Assembly (NCBI RefSeq): GCF_964355755.1
Contig: NC_092671.1
Span: forward strand, 34,606,304 to 34,670,303
Source of the DNA: Antedon mediterranea
Taxonomy: Eukaryota > Animalia > Echinodermata
Reading direction: 5' to 3'
Length of the DNA stretch: 64,000 bases
Notes under the pieces: model-generated
What the model was told of the DNA's origin: nothing
Database searches by the model: none
What the model saw: the letters and a program-made list of their open reading frames with translations, nothing else
Position numbers and translations under genes: made by a program
Shown: positions 40,082 through 53,323 of the stretch, one piece after another
Layout of the letters: every line of letters starts with the position of its first letter
Numbering within the stretch: the first letter of the stretch is position 1

Positions 40082-41177
40082 CTGTCAATAAAGATTTGGC
40101 ACAGTATAACATTTACAAATTCTTTTTTAGGAGTAAAACTTTCTATTGGAATATCAAAAAGTATGCTTAATAAGTCAACACAGAACTCAATTCCACTGAA
40201 AGGAACTACAGAACAGCAAAATATGGAACTGATACTATCTGGCTGCGCATACAGCATATACTTACTTATAATTTTGTAATTTGGATTTTAAATGTTCATA
40301 TAGTCAATGTAGGTTGACAAGAAAACTGACATAACAAAGAAACAAAAGCGGATAAATACTGAGAGTTAGACTGAAAAACATTTACAGACAAAATCCTATA
40401 AAAACAATAGTAAAACTGTTGAAATATGGAAAACGAGCATAGTAAACCATTTTTAGAAAAGAAATATTTCTTACAAAAAACGCTGCTCGCTTATTGACGT
40501 AACAGTTTTAAAGATATATTGTCCCTCTGAAAAATATTTTTTATTTCAAATTTGTTTTTGAATGTTTCATTTTATTGTTACATATTTAATAGTTATTTTA
40601 CCTGAAAATAATGTAATTTAAAGCAAAAAATACTTCAATTGTCTGTCAGACAATGGCTTTTTAAGTTATAATTAAACGTTTCTTTTCTCTGTTTATAATG
40701 TGAATTTTGTTACAGAAGTGAATAACTTTGATATGAAAGAAAGACTGAATTTAGTTTATTATATTGCTAAGTTTAAGTCTGGGGGTCACTTCATCATGCC
40801 TAGATACTTCAAGTGTGAAGTATCCTATTACAAACAAAAACTTTCATGGACTGTTTTGATAATAATTCAATGATTATCTGATGACAGCGAATTACAGTAT
40901 TATATAATGTCATGTGACTCATAAATACCAGAAATGCTTTGGGATTTGTCGTTCAACTGTTAGACTCTTTTCCCAGACGTTTTTTGTGTCCAGCACCCGG
41001 TACCTATAAATTATAGTCGAGAATGCATTTTGCAAAAATGTCAGTGTCTAGTACTATAACTGTTGCTTGATTTCATCTAATAAATGAGTCATTTCTTGTA
41101 ACGTAGCGGGCTAGAACAGCAGCGTGAAAACATGGAAAATTCTTGGAAAAATGGAAAATGCTAATGGCACAACATAC

Positions 41178-41306
41178 CTTGAGCTTTACACGTTCTTCCA
41201 TCTGGGTTTGCGATGTATGAAGTCTCATCACATTGACAGGCAGCTGATCCTTTGTAGTTAGTACATTGCTGACTACAATAACCTGGTGGTGTACACTCAT
41301 CAATAT
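41178..41306 (-). CDS. LRP2: LRP2 exon, calcium-binding EGF
   Basis: [26 protein letters not shown]...GRTCKAQ; phase 1-1. Confidence 0.93.
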
Positions 41307-41647
41307 CTACATATAACATTAAAATAACAATATCATACTTTATTCTGTCCAATATACCATGAAATACATACATATGGAAAATTGATTGGTTATCAGTGTT
41401 AATAAATAATTAAATATACAATAAGTTACGTATAGAAAATTGATCATTCATACTTTGATCACACATTACTGGTAATGGCTGACGGGAAAAAAATTTGTTT
41501 TTTTAAAACTATCATGATACAGTGATCACATGTGAAACACATGAGATGCTGTATAACAATTTTAGCACCTGAAACTGGAAATATTTTCATGTGGAGATAC
41601 ATCACTGAGAATCTGGCGATTATAAAAATGAGTGGTACATAACATAC

Positions 41648-41764
41648 CTTCACATGTTGAGTTTATCAACTGGTAACCATCACTACATCTACACTCGGTT
41701 CCAAATGGTGTTTGAAAACACAAGTCACTGCAACCACCATTGTTTATAGAACACAAATTTTCAT
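41648..41764 (-). CDS. LRP2: LRP2 exon, EGF
   Basis: CSINNGGCSDLCFQTPFGTECRCSDGYQLINSTCE; phase 1-1. Confidence 0.92.
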
Positions 41765-41810
41765 CTTAAATAAAACAGTACAGCATAAATAATATAAAAA
41801 AATGTATTAA

Positions 41811-41981
41811 TCTTCTTATAATCACCAAATCTTTTCGTGTCTGTCCGTCCATCCCTCCGGGTGTATTCAGAGACTATTGGTCGCACGGTCTTCAAACTTG
41901 GTGATAAATTATGTTTAAATTTAGTACAATTTAAATCAAATACATTTTAAACCTGCTCTAGGGCAGATATACTAATACTAG
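41811..41981 (+). mobile_element. Short non-autonomous Helitron-like element
   Basis: A|TC start, GTCY microsatellite, subterminal hairpin ctgctctagggcag, CTAG|T end; core also near 48140-48180. Confidence 0.55.
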
Positions 41982-42195
41982 TTTAATGCAATATATCAAA
42001 CCATCTTTATTGTGGAGCCCTTTATAAAGAAAGTACAGTAGTATCTAATATTCTGTCTCAGCATCTAAGACAGCAACATTGATTAAATGTTTTTCTGCTG
42101 TTACAATACCTAAAACAAAGACTCCTTTAGACAATCATTTGATCTAAAAAAAGAAACAAACTGGCAGAATAAGATAAATGGGTGAATATACGTAC

Positions 42196-42321
42196 TACAC
42201 AGTGGGCTTTCGTCCTCTCCGTCTGTGCAGTCGGGCGTGTTGTCACAGACCTGCGTTAGTAATATACACACATTGTCTCCACATTCCCACTGGTCATCTG
42301 GGCACGAAAAGGGCGGTGTTG
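42196..42321 (-). CDS. LRP2: LRP2 exon, LDLa cluster II repeat 8
   Basis: PPFSCPDDQWEC...VCDNTPDCTDGEDESPLC; phase 1-1. Confidence 0.93.
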
Positions 42322-42611
42322 CTAAAAATATAAAGTTTAAATTTAATGTTTTATACATTCTACCAAGTTGAATATTTTTTTGGATGGGGTTGTAGTGATG
42401 TTTTATTAATTGTTAATTAATTACCAATCACATTAATTATGGTAGTTTTAGTGATCCAATAATAATTCTTGAATTTTGTTATAACAGAGTGATATTGTAA
42501 GGAATTAGATTGGCATGTTAAAGCATGATTTCGAAACTTGGTTGTGGCATCAGATACTTTACTATCATTGCCCATTAATCAAACCATTGATGCAGTGTAA
42601 ATAATCATATT

Positions 42612-42897
42612 CGTTCTTATATAGCACTTATGCACAATGCTTCTAAGTGCTTCACATTATTACCCCGGTCATTTTTTTGGATCAAACACGTATGGAAACA
42701 TACTCCCATAACATAATGCAGCTAGTAATCAGGGCAAAGTTGTGTCTTTCAAACCAGGTACCCATTTATACACCAGAGTGGAGATAGGCAAACGTAAGTA
42801 AAGTATCTTGCCTAGGACACAAGCAATGTGGCGAGAGTTGGATTCAAACTCACAATCTCACAATCAGTAATCCAACACACTGCGCCACACGCCCTCA
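42612..42897 (-). mobile_element. CORE-like tRNA SINE with L2-type tail
   Basis: Minus strand: gtggcgcag...gagtttgaatcc, tgtgtcctaggcaagatactt, gtataaatgggtacc, tail gtgaagcacttag...taagtgctatataag. Confidence 0.65.
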
Positions 42898-43060
42898 CAA
42901 TAATAAATAATTGTTTAAATTTATATTCTCTCTGCCTGGAAAGACGGACGGATGTCATATATATAAATAAAAAAGTGTAACCAAGAGATAACACAAACAA
43001 TCCAATCCAATGTTACCACATGTATTTTTCAATTAATCTTATTTTTTATAATAAACTTAC

Positions 43061-43177
43061 GACAATCTCTTTCATCTGATGAATCTCCACAGTCATTATC
43101 CTGGTCACATATCCAAGAACTAGGAATGCATTGTGAATTGTCACATTGGAAGTCGGATGCTGGACACGTAATTTGAA
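43061..43177 (-). CDS. LRP2: LRP2 exon, LDLa cluster II repeat 7
   Basis: [35 protein letters not shown]; phase 1-1. Confidence 0.93.
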
Positions 43178-43225
43178 CTACAAGATTCGATAAAAAAAAT
43201 TACACAAACTAAAAGTGGTGTTGGT

Positions 43226-43309
43226 AGTCTATTTCGTGTCTAGCTTACCTGGATAAACCAACAATGGCCAATGTTGATTTATCCAGGTAAGCTAGGCACG
43301 AAATAGACT
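43226..43309. repeat. 84-bp near-perfect palindrome (probable mini-MITE)
   Basis: agtctatttcgtg.ctagcttacctggataaa...tttatccaggtaagctag.cacgaaatagact. Confidence 0.85.
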
Positions 43310-43674
43310 GTTATTGTTGTACATTTTTCCCAACATCTGGTTTTCCAGAAACTTTCCAGAGTGTATCATGAAGGAAAGTGGTTATTCAACAAACTGATAG
43401 TTTTATTAAACCATGGGATAGGTTTATGATTAAAAATTATTCAACCGGCCAATGGTTGAATCAAAAACTAATTCATTGAAGCGTGCCAGATTGTCTTTAC
43501 TCACCATCTTCCTTTGACAAAAAGGGTTAGGCCGGATTTACTCACAATTGTCTTTATTGAGTAAAAGGGTTAGGACAGCTTTAATTTAATTTTTTTTTGG
43601 GGGGGGGGGGGGGGACACATAATAAAAGTAATTATAAAAAGCTTATTTTAAAGAAATATTAATAAAATACTTAC

Positions 43675-43803
43675 TGCAGCCAAACTCATCACTACCGTCA
43701 TCACAATCTGAGCGGCCATCACAGACCCAATCATTGGGCAAGCAACTTTCACCCACAATGCATTTAAACTCGTCATCTAAGCATGTACCTGGTGGTAAGG
43801 AAG
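43675..43803 (-). CDS. LRP2: LRP2 exon, LDLa cluster II repeat 6
   Basis: [12 protein letters not shown]...[18 protein letters not shown]; phase 1-1. Confidence 0.93.
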
Positions 43804-44175
43804 CTGAAAAAGACAAACAATAAATTAATACAAATTTATTTCCATCATTAACAAACATAAATACAATTTCTTACAAAATACAGAATAAAATGGAGGCAGA
43901 TTTTTTTATAATATATATATAAAATGTACCAGTGTTAAGTTTTACTACATATTTGATTTTTTTGTCACATGAAATTTGATAGTGTAGACAGAGCTTAAGG
44001 ATCAGATAACATTATATTGTGTGCCACCAGCATGGTTGGTAGGGTTTCAGCCCAACAACTTTATCACAAAGGGCGTTTGACAACCCAGTAGCTTAAAGAT
44101 AGATTGTTCCCTTTTCTTGCGAAAACTGCACCGCTTTATTTATTGTAGCTACATCACTGCATTACACTTTGTTAA

Positions 44176-44716
44176 AGATGTATTGTCCTTTTGTCAAATT
44201 CCAAAAAAATAAAAAATAAAAGATTTCCAAAAAATTGGGTCATTTTGTAGTATCATAATAGTTATTAACTTTTACAAAAAATTAGTCGAAAAAAAAATCA
44301 TTGAACTGAAATACAAATGTTTTTGGTTCAAAAAATAACTTTGACTTCCAGTCAAACTTTCGATCAAAACATATCTCATAATGCAACGCGCTTATTTGGC
44401 TACTCTGTATGCATTAATCATAAAACTTCCTCGCGATCTGTGTGAAAACACCTTCTCAACAATGACGAGTTGTAAACAATCCTAACTAGCATCATGCATA
44501 ATGTATACTCATGGTTTGAAATCTTTGTTTACTTTTGCTCGCGACGATTTTCCAGACGAAATGTAATCAAATTAATTTAGCTGTTAATTACGTAAAATTG
44601 TTGTTTTTGGCTCGAATTTTCTACTTAAAGTGAATAGCTTTAATATTACTTTGATATGGCAAATTTAAATTTAGAATATTTTTACCATTTTTTGTGTTTT
44701 AAGTGACAATACATCT
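44176..44716. mobile_element. Kolobok-like non-autonomous DNA transposon
   Basis: TTAA TSD; agatgtattgtc...gacaatacatct. Confidence 0.7.
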
Positions 44717-44750
44717 TTAAGTGATTAATATATTTGTATGGTTTACTTAC

Positions 44751-44867
44751 TGCAGTCATCTTCATCTGTGTTGTCAGGGCAATCGTACACAGAGTCACAT
44801 CGGTATGAGATAGGCAAACACTGACCATCACCACAAGTAAATTCATCCTGGCTACATTGTTGTGGTA
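44751..44867 (-). CDS. LRP2: LRP2 exon, LDLa cluster II repeat 5
   Basis: [35 protein letters not shown]; phase 1-1. Confidence 0.93.
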
Positions 44868-45401
44868 CTGTATTCAAACAACAATAAAGTACAATGCAGA
44901 TAAATTAAAATATTGCTTTACACTACAGTATAGTAAATCATCATGTAAGCTCCTGGTTCATACACTTTTTTAAGAGGTCATTTCCATGACATGACATGAC
45001 CTTTCTAACTGAAATTCCATGTCTTTTTTATGACATTTGAACAGTTTTACATAACAGGTTAATAACATTTTGACAGTATAACCATACAATTTTCCTCCAT
45101 AGTATGCCATAGCAAAGCGAAATATAATTGTATGAAAGATTCCAAATAAAAAAGAAAATGTTATATCTTTCTTTCCATGACTTTTTAAGCCATGGCCTGG
45201 AAAATATTTTAGTAAAAAGAATTTCAGTCATAGGTTCATCCATCAACAAAACAAATTAATTTTTCTACTGCAAAATTTCACTCATACCAATAACTGATAC
45301 AAATCAAATAATCATAGAACCAGTCCACTATAGAATTTAATTAAAACCAATTCCAAATGTTATTAATTTATATTTCACATCCAAAGGGGGTAAACACTTA
45401 C

Positions 45402-45521
45402 CACAGCCCTCCTCATCACTACCATCTCCACAATCATTGTCCCCGTCACATTGCCATAATGGATGCAGACAGCGTTGTACCGTTTTACACGAAAAGTAGT
45501 CCAAAGGACAAGTAACATCAT
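45402..45521 (-). CDS. LRP2: LRP2 exon, LDLa cluster II repeat 4
   Basis: [36 protein letters not shown]; phase 1-1. Confidence 0.93.
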
Positions 45522-45633
45522 CTGTAATTAAGAAACAAACCGGATACTTATTAATATTCAACATATTCAATATAAACATATTAATAAATGTAATACTGTG
45601 ATGATCCAGTACAACATCACTTAGAAACACAGT

Positions 45634-45715
45634 GAGTTACGTGGCGCGGCGTGTAAAACATTGTCGAGTGATGATGTGGGATAATCTTTGTGAGTTCGAG
45701 TCCCCGTAGATGACC
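45634..45715 (+). pseudogene. tRNA-like (SINE head or tRNA pseudogene)
   Basis: gtggcgcggcgtg A-box-like and gagttcgagtcc B-box motifs; no clean cloverleaf. Confidence 0.45.
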
Positions 45716-46528
45716 TTTATTTATTTATCACCAAACGCGAGTTGCCACACAAAAATAACACAGTCAGTATCAAACTCCTCAAGAATTTGCTGGATTTTAT
45801 ATGTTTAATGACAGAGACGCAAAAATGACTTGGTCAATATAATCGTACTCAAGGAAATATACGATTTACGATCCTCGTAGCGGTAGTCATGTGATGCAGT
45901 TTCAACCAATCATGTTCACGTATTTATATAGGCTATGTAATATACACTATTTGAAAGCTTGTAAAACCACAAAGATTATTAACATTAAAATCGCTTGATA
46001 CCAAATTGGAATGTCGTTTTAAGAGAGACTGTTGTAATATTAACAATTTGTGACATTTTTAAGGTCAAATTGTGATTAAAGTATTTAAATACAATGTTTT
46101 TAAATACAATTAATTAATTAACAATACAATCAAAAATATCATTATTTTTAAACTAGTTTTCTTTCTTCTAACCTGAACAAAATAATGTGTTTTGATGTAC
46201 AGTATATATACAGTTAGAACCTATTAAGGTTATTCCCGTGAAACAAATATAGAAATATATTATGTTTTAAACACTGCGACCAACCTCTAATCAGGGTAAA
46301 ATCTTATTAACAAGACACTTTGTTGGGTGTTAAAGGTCTCCTATCATATATAATCAAGGCAGTGTAAACATTTCATCTATGTATACCAATTTATTGATCT
46401 GAGATTTTGATCTCAGCTTTTTGAATAAGTGAATAATAAAGTTTATAGTTTAAGTTTAATAGGGTTCTACTGTATTACATGAAAAATGTATTTTAATTTA
46501 ATTAATAATAAATTTAATATTAACCTAC

Positions 46529-46645
46529 CACAATTTTCTTCATCAGAGCCATCTCTACAATCATTATCCGTATCACACAGCCAGCTCTGTGGTATACATC
46601 TTGAGTTGTTACATTGAAAGTAAGATGATCTACACACTGGTGGAG
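46529..46645 (-). CDS. LRP2: LRP2 exon, LDLa cluster II repeat 3
   Basis: [35 protein letters not shown]; phase 1-1. Confidence 0.93.
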
Positions 46646-46883
46646 CTTTAGAAAAAAAGAGTAATCTTAGTGAGTGAATAATAATATTGGCCTATATTAT
46701 GCGATTTGAATATTTCATATTTTATGTGTTGTACTGTATGTATGTTTTATCGAGGGCCCTGAATGATCAGTTCTATTGGAACTGGATAGGCTACCCTCAG
46801 TAAAGATGGTAATAAATAAATAAATAAATAGTGCATTATTAGAAGTTACCTTTATTTATTTTTTATTTTAATTATCATTTATC

Positions 46884-47184
46884 TATACTGGATGATGTCT
46901 TCAGTCAAAGACTGGTCTCCCAGAAGGCCCAGTTATGATCAGTGGCTGTGTGTGACAGTGACTAGCACCGTGGTAACCCCCCACTCGTCTCAAAGGATGT
47001 ACTAGGTTCCTTAAAGTGCACATGAGCTAGATGTGTAAACTGGACCTACTGTATGGTTTATAGTTTTTATCCAAAAAGACTCGTTCTACCACCAGAACCA
47101 TGGAACTAGTGAGCCTTGAATCCGTGCCAATGTTATGGCATCGTAATTACGGTTCCACTGTCTTAACTGCTTGGCTACTCACTC
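46884..47184 (-). mobile_element. Nin/Deu-like SINE copy
   Basis: Reverse complement of 20103-20425. Confidence 0.8.
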
Positions 47185-47684
47185 TTAATTCACCCATTCA
47201 TCTTTGTAGGACATCACCAGGATTTATTATGGACTGTACCATTGTTAGATTGGGGTAGATGGGATGGGACAAGGTTATTTTCCAGGTCTAATTATCTTCT
47301 ATGTTGTGTTGGATGAACAAACCTAATCTTTTCAGCTCATGGCTAGTAACAAAACCAGTGTGGTGCAAGATTAATAATTTTGTGAATATACTATAAAGCA
47401 AAGTTTGTGCTCCAAAGGTTATCAAATAGTGTGATGGATTGAAGGGAAAGTATATGTTTTCTTTTACTTTATGTCTTCTATTTTGGTTTGTTTTCTGCTT
47501 TACAATGTGCTTGCTACCAATAAATAGCAATATCCCTGACCTAGCTCATTCTTTATGACATGTCCATGAATGAGATCGATATTTACCTTTTGCATCTGTA
47601 TCATAATGTCATTATATAGTCCCTACTAGCCCAACAACTTTTCAAAATCGTATGAATGTTAATGTTAACATAAATGTCACTTAC

Positions 47685-47801
47685 TACAATCTGCTTCGTC
47701 CGCTCCGTCATTGCATTGACTGGTACCGTCACACACATAGCGATTATGAAGACATGACCCATCTCCACATTTCATTGCATTTGGTGAACAGGTAACTTGT
47801 C
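47685..47801 (-). CDS. LRP2: LRP2 exon, LDLa cluster II repeat 2
   Basis: CSPNAMKCGDGSCLHNRYVCDGTSQCNDGADEADC; phase 1-1. Confidence 0.93.
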
Positions 47802-48454
47802 CTGGAAAAATAATAATTATACAGTATTTTTATTCTATTAATTGAACAGTATGTCACATAAGTTTGAAATTTTATTTACTTACAAGATGATAGTAGGCAC
47901 GATAGAAATTCGCATACACTTGTCAAGTCGCATGCATCATGCTTTTTTACCTAACCTCAAGCTCTCACACTACATGCCTAAACTCTCACGGTTTTTTACA
48001 AATCTCAATTTTTATATTATTAAATGAAAATTTAAAAAAAAAATCTGTTATTTATTATGCCTAGAATCGCTGACAAGCTAAGCAACATAACAGTCAACTT
48101 GTGGGAATCCTACAATTCATCAAATCTATGTCTACAGCTTTATTCAGAGACTAAGGGTCGCAGTCTTTAAACTTGGTGGGTGGGTGCAGCTTGGAATAAG
48201 AAAGAACGAGTTTGCATTCAAAGGTCATTGTAAGTCACCAAAAATGAATTCTGTAGGTACAGGGAGGTCTACTGTTGTACAGTGAATCAGGGACATTTCA
48301 GCACAAGACGTTTCAACCCACTTTTGTGAGGGATGGGAGGCAGCAGCAACCTCAAACCTACCATGTATTCATTCACAACCACCTGTTCTCATTTTAAGCA
48401 AATTTCATGATATACCTTACGCTCCTACTGTTTCTTCTCCTTTCACCTTTTTAA

Positions 48455-49425
48455 CACTTTGACTGCCAGAGGTTTTTCCAGTTAGAAACTGCCACCGCCA
48501 GCGTTTATAGCCCAATTCGATATTTTTATTAAAGCTGATTGAAACTATGTATGTGATCTGATTTACATGTAATTTAGACTAAAATAATCATAAAGATTTT
48601 AGCTTTACAATGGTACCAAGAACGATTTTCAAATCGCAATATGTAAATCGTAATAATAAAATGAAAGTAACCCACTTTTTGAGTTTTTCGTAGTTTCTCG
48701 AGATATTCGCGATTTTGTGCAAGATATCACAATATGAAAATATCGCCCGATGAGATCAACAAACAACGAAAAAGTTACTTACACGGCACCGGTAGGCCTA
48801 TAAAAACAAGTTATCACTATCTAAAAATGTATTACATTTTATAAATCTTAAATCTTACATCAATGTTTTGCCAAAATCCACATAGTAAAGACACCAGGCC
48901 TAGTTAACTAGGCCTAAAGTTGGTCCGGAACCGTTTTACGACTAGGCCTAGGCTAGCCTAGTACTACTAGCCTAGCTAGTAAACTGATGATAATATTCAT
49001 ACCATTTCTAAACAAGTTTGTGAAACACCAAAACAATTAGGGTATACATACAATAATAAAATTAAAGACTTCATATTGAAAATTCATCCATTATTTTTTA
49101 TTCAGATAACAAACAAACATGCCAATCCACATAAACCTTTGTAATGCTTCGGCGGCATAGCTAGCGCGCGACCGATACACAATGCGCCAAACCATCGCTG
49201 TACGCGCTACTGTGATGCGCGGTGTATGTTATTTCGACAGGTACCATTTTGACAATCGTTCGTAACCAGATTAGTTACTTTCAAAAAGTAAAATATTCAC
49301 GGTCCAGACCGAATATAGTGTCCATATTTATAGTATATACCAATAATTAACCTATCGTGTTCGTGTTTGGCAGTCAAGCGTTGTGTTTCCAAAAACGAAG
49401 ATCTTCGTGTTTGGCAGTCAAAGTG
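48455..49425. mobile_element. piggyBac-like non-autonomous element, about 970 bp
   Basis: TTAA TSD; TIR cactttgactgcca...tggcagtcaaagtg; duplicated subterminal cgtgtttggcagtcaa; CpG-rich interior. Confidence 0.75.
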
Positions 49426-49495
49426 TTAAACCAAATTTAGTTCCTGTAATTGCTGATTAAATTTTTTAAGTGGATGTGTACATTCATTGACTCAC

Positions 49496-49640
49496 CACAA
49501 TGGGATTCATCACTGTTGTCATAGCAATCATTATCACCATCGCATTGCCATGAGCTGTAGATGCATCTGCCATTGTCACATTGGAAGTTGACAGAATCAC
49601 AGTAGCTTGGTGGCTCCTCTCCACTGTTATCAACACAATC
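49496..49640 (-). CDS. LRP2: LRP2 exon, LDLa cluster II repeat 1
   Basis: [35 protein letters not shown]; phase 0-1. Confidence 0.93.
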
Positions 49641-50280
49641 CTGAAAATTTGAAAAATATTTTAGTGATAGTTATTGATGAGACACAAGAGCAGTATTATT
49701 TTCATTATTATTATTAAGTAACTAACTAGCCAATTACAGGATAAACTATTTTATAATTTATCGAGCTTAAGTCTCATTTGAGGCTTAGGGAGTGGAGTTG
49801 AAAGAATCGTGAGTTACGACTTTGGCACTGGGACAGGATTGAAACCTGTACCTTGGGATTAGAAGAACCATCAAGCTACAGCTCCACTCAAACTATTATG
49901 TTATAAACTCCATTCCACTATTATGTTATAAAATGGCTACTTATGGTAGCTTTAAAATCTAGATGGAGGGGCTTAACATAAACTGACTGAAATGAATCTC
50001 CATGAATTTAAGGTGAGTGATGCCTCCCCAGCAAAATTAATATAATTACACTATTATTTCTTTAGGCCCTCAGAAAAGGATTGGCAAGCATTTCATAGGA
50101 CAAACACAATGCTCTACACAAACACAAAGTCTTGTGGAGTGGTGATTTTTCTACATTGTTCAAAACTCCATAGCTACTTCATATGCCCTGAACAACATGC
50201 AAAACATGCTTTTTTTAAAGTGAGCCCTCTACAATTGCATGCTTGTACTATGTGTGCTTTGAAAAGTAAATTATTATCAC

Positions 50281-50405
50281 CTGCGAATTACTAGCCAGTT
50301 TTCTTCCATATCTACATCCACAAACACGACTTGATATTCCAGTAGGAAAACAGAAATCTTCACATTCTGCATTAGCAAACACACCATTGTTACATAACGA
50401 TGTGC
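50281..50405 (-). CDS. LRP2: LRP2 exon, EGF
   Basis: CNNGVFANAECEDFCFPTGISSRVCGCRYGRKL; phase 1-0. Confidence 0.9.
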
Positions 50406-50709
50406 CTAGAAATGGAAATGAAAAGATAATGTTACAAAAACAAATCTTATTTTTGTAAATTACTCTTTAAGTAAGAGTGAACTGGTAAAAGTCATTTTAC
50501 AAGGGTAACTCCCAGTCTATTCAGCTGTAAATGAGTACCTGGTTAAAAACACTAGGGAGGATAGGAACTAGCCATCCTACCACATAATGCCGAGGCTAGT
50601 ATAGTAAAATAAGCTCCTAACAGCTCATTCCCCTATGTTCAGAAATGAATACGGTACTACCTTTTAAGTCTCGGATACAGAACTTATTTTGTATCCTATC
50701 CCAAACTAT

Positions 50710-51060
50710 TGTAATGTTTTAATGTGACAAAAACTCTTAAAAGATCAGTGTGTTCATTATATCATTTTGATATTTTCATTACCATACCCATAGAGATATT
50801 ATAGTGATAATATCTATATTCCATACCACAAAAAATAATATGATTTTTTTATATATTCAGAGAAGGAAGTATAATTTTATTCTAATTGTGATGTTTTAAT
50901 GTGACAAAAACTCTTAGAAGATCAGTGTGTTCAGTATATTATTTTGATAATTTCTTTACCATACTCATAGAGATATTATAGTGATAATATCTATATTGAA
51001 TACCACAAAGAATAATATGATTTTTTTTTCATATCCAGGGAAGGAAGTATAATTTTATTT
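50710..51060. repeat. Tandem duplication, about 175 bp x2
   Basis: tgttttaatgtgacaaaaactctta.aagatcagtgtg...gaaggaagtataattttatt occurs twice. Confidence 0.85.
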
Positions 51061-51101
51061 TAAAGACATTGTTTAAAATATTATCATCATAATAGCTGTA
51101 C

Positions 51102-51239
51102 CAGTGTGTGTCGATGTACTGTATAGTTTCAATTCTAGAATGTCGTCCAAATAAGAATGTACATTTGTCTGGTATCCACCAATCAGCTTTTTAATGCGCT
51201 CTATTGACTTGCTTCGGGAGTCAGTAAAGTATACAAAAG
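51102..51239 (-). CDS. LRP2: LRP2 exon, propeller 2 end
   Basis: FVYFTDSRSKSIERIKK...; phase 1-1. Confidence 0.85.
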
Positions 51240-51876
51240 CTGAAAGTGTAAAATCAGTAGTAAATATCTATTCAAGAACATATATAAACCAGAATCCTGC
51301 TTAAAAAAAAACAGACTACATGTTAACTATTTTATTCTTGAAATTACGATTTATTTTGTCAAATTTGTCCTACTAGAAAATGGATAAAAATGAAATTTCT
51401 AACTCAATAAAAATACAGTAGGTAAAAATTATTTCCAAACTCAACCAACCGCAAAAGAAATTCGCCAATAACAGGAGGGTTTTATATAAAAATGAAAATT
51501 CTATTATTCTATAATATTATACCACTATTATATTATTGCCCATTCAACAATAGAGATCTACAATTGTATATAGTTGATCTACTGTATTGAACAATTCATT
51601 CTGGGATCCAAGTAGTTTATAATAAACAATATGTTCAATCTTTAAAGCTATTAAGCTTTAATTATACAAAACGCAGCCAGTTTGTTCTTTATTTTTTAAC
51701 AACACATTGTATGACTATTGTTTATTTAAATAGATTAACCATCTGGCAATAAGAAAAACTATATTAAGTTGATTGTTAATTTAGTTCATTCAACAGTAAA
51801 ATCATAAATGCAAGCAATGCATGTATTATTATTGAATAAAAGCATCTATTATTAATAATTGATACAGCATACTCAC

Positions 51877-51973
51877 AATCATCAACAGTAATACCAAATG
51901 GGTTTGCAATACTTGCTACCTCAAGTTGTTGACGATTACCACCGGTTAGTGATGCACACTCTATTCTATTCAG
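51877..51973 (-). CDS. LRP2: LRP2 exon, propeller 2
   Basis: LNRIECASLTGGNRQ...NPFGITVDD; phase 0-1. Confidence 0.9.
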
Positions 51974-52140
51974 CTGCAATAAATATATACAATCAAATTA
52001 TTAGCTCAAGGAATAAAAGAAAATTTTTTCCAAAAGTTTGGCATTTCCAGTTGCAGGACTCTTCCACCATACCTATGCCCCAGGCATCTGGTATGGTATA
52101 TAATAGAACACTCCTGGAAAATTAATTTATTGAAATATTT

Positions 52141-52298
52141 TATTTATACTGGGCAACCTCTTCATTAGAAGAATGGTGTCCAAGAGGGCCCAGCTATGAT
52201 CAGTGGCTGTGATGTATTAGTACACCAGGGTAACCCCCTACTCATTTCGAAAGATGTACTAGGTTCTTTAAAGTAAACATGAGCTAGATGTGTACACT

Positions 52299-52332
<34 letters not shown>

Positions 52333-52436
52333 TTGTTCTTCCACCAGAACCATGGAGCGAGTGAGCCTCGAACCCTTGCCGATGCTATGGCTATGTAATT
52401 ACGGTTCCACTGTCTTAGTCGCTTGGCCACTCACTC
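52141..52436 (-). mobile_element. Nin/Deu-like SINE copy
   Basis: Reverse complement of 20103-20425. Confidence 0.8.
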
Positions 52437-52585
52437 ACACCTCTATTATTGGATATGCCCAAATATGGTAGTGATATGATGTCATATCATGTCCATATAT
52501 GGGCACATCACATTTTTTTGTCACATAAACTTTGATAGTGTAGACAGAGCTTAACTCCTTGGTAATTTAATTTAAAATGAATTAC

Positions 52586-52742
52586 TTGATTGTCTGTCCA
52601 ATAAATCTTGTCAGAAGAGTAGTCCAGAGTCAACCCATACGGCCGTCCAATGTCGGTGTTGACAATCTCCTCACGACTACTCCCATCCATCAGAGCGCGC
52701 TCAATAACAGCAGGTCGTTCATAATCGACCCAGAACATCAGT
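52586..52742 (-). CDS. LRP2: LRP2 exon, propeller 2
   Basis: LMFWVDYERPAVIERALMDG...IYWTDNQ; phase 2-0. Confidence 0.92.
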
Positions 52743-53121
52743 CTAATTAAACAAAATGTATACATACAGACTTCACATTTCAAATAAAAGTTTAGCTTCA
52801 ACAGATGTTCTATGACACTTTCAAGATGTTGAATGTGCATAGACCAAAGCATGTTATTTTAGTGCTGCACATGTACATGTTTGTAAAATATTAAATTAAT
52901 ATTATATTTATTATATTCCTATTTAATTATTGGATATTTTAGGCCTATCAAGAATTGATTTGTTGACGAAGCTGGCCAAATTTTTATATTATTCTTGTCA
53001 TTTGATTTTGAGAATTGTAGGTCACATGACATTCAATAATTACTCTATTGAACCCATACAACATTAACAGTGCATTTATCGCTATATGTGAGTGCAAATT
53101 TGTATTCATTTGTATACTAAC

Positions 53122-53323
53122 CCTTTCGTAGGGTAAATAGCTATCGCTCTAGGACTTCGTAATTGGGTGATCAGTGTCCTCTGGTATACTTGAGTTAAGT
53201 TTGCGACTCTAATTACAGTAATTGTATTGAGAGTATCATCTGTGAAGTAGAGGTTCTTGGTCGTCCAATCAAAGGCTAGGCCTGCAATCGCATAGTTATG
53301 AGCTGCCAATACTAATTCACTCT
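53122..53323 (-). CDS. LRP2: LRP2 exon, propeller 2
   Basis: GLAFDWTTKNLYFTD...PRAIAIYPTKG; phase 1-2. Confidence 0.92.

Noticed and set aside
45634-45715. Functional tRNA gene
   Set aside because: A/B boxes are present but no convincing acceptor or anticodon stems.
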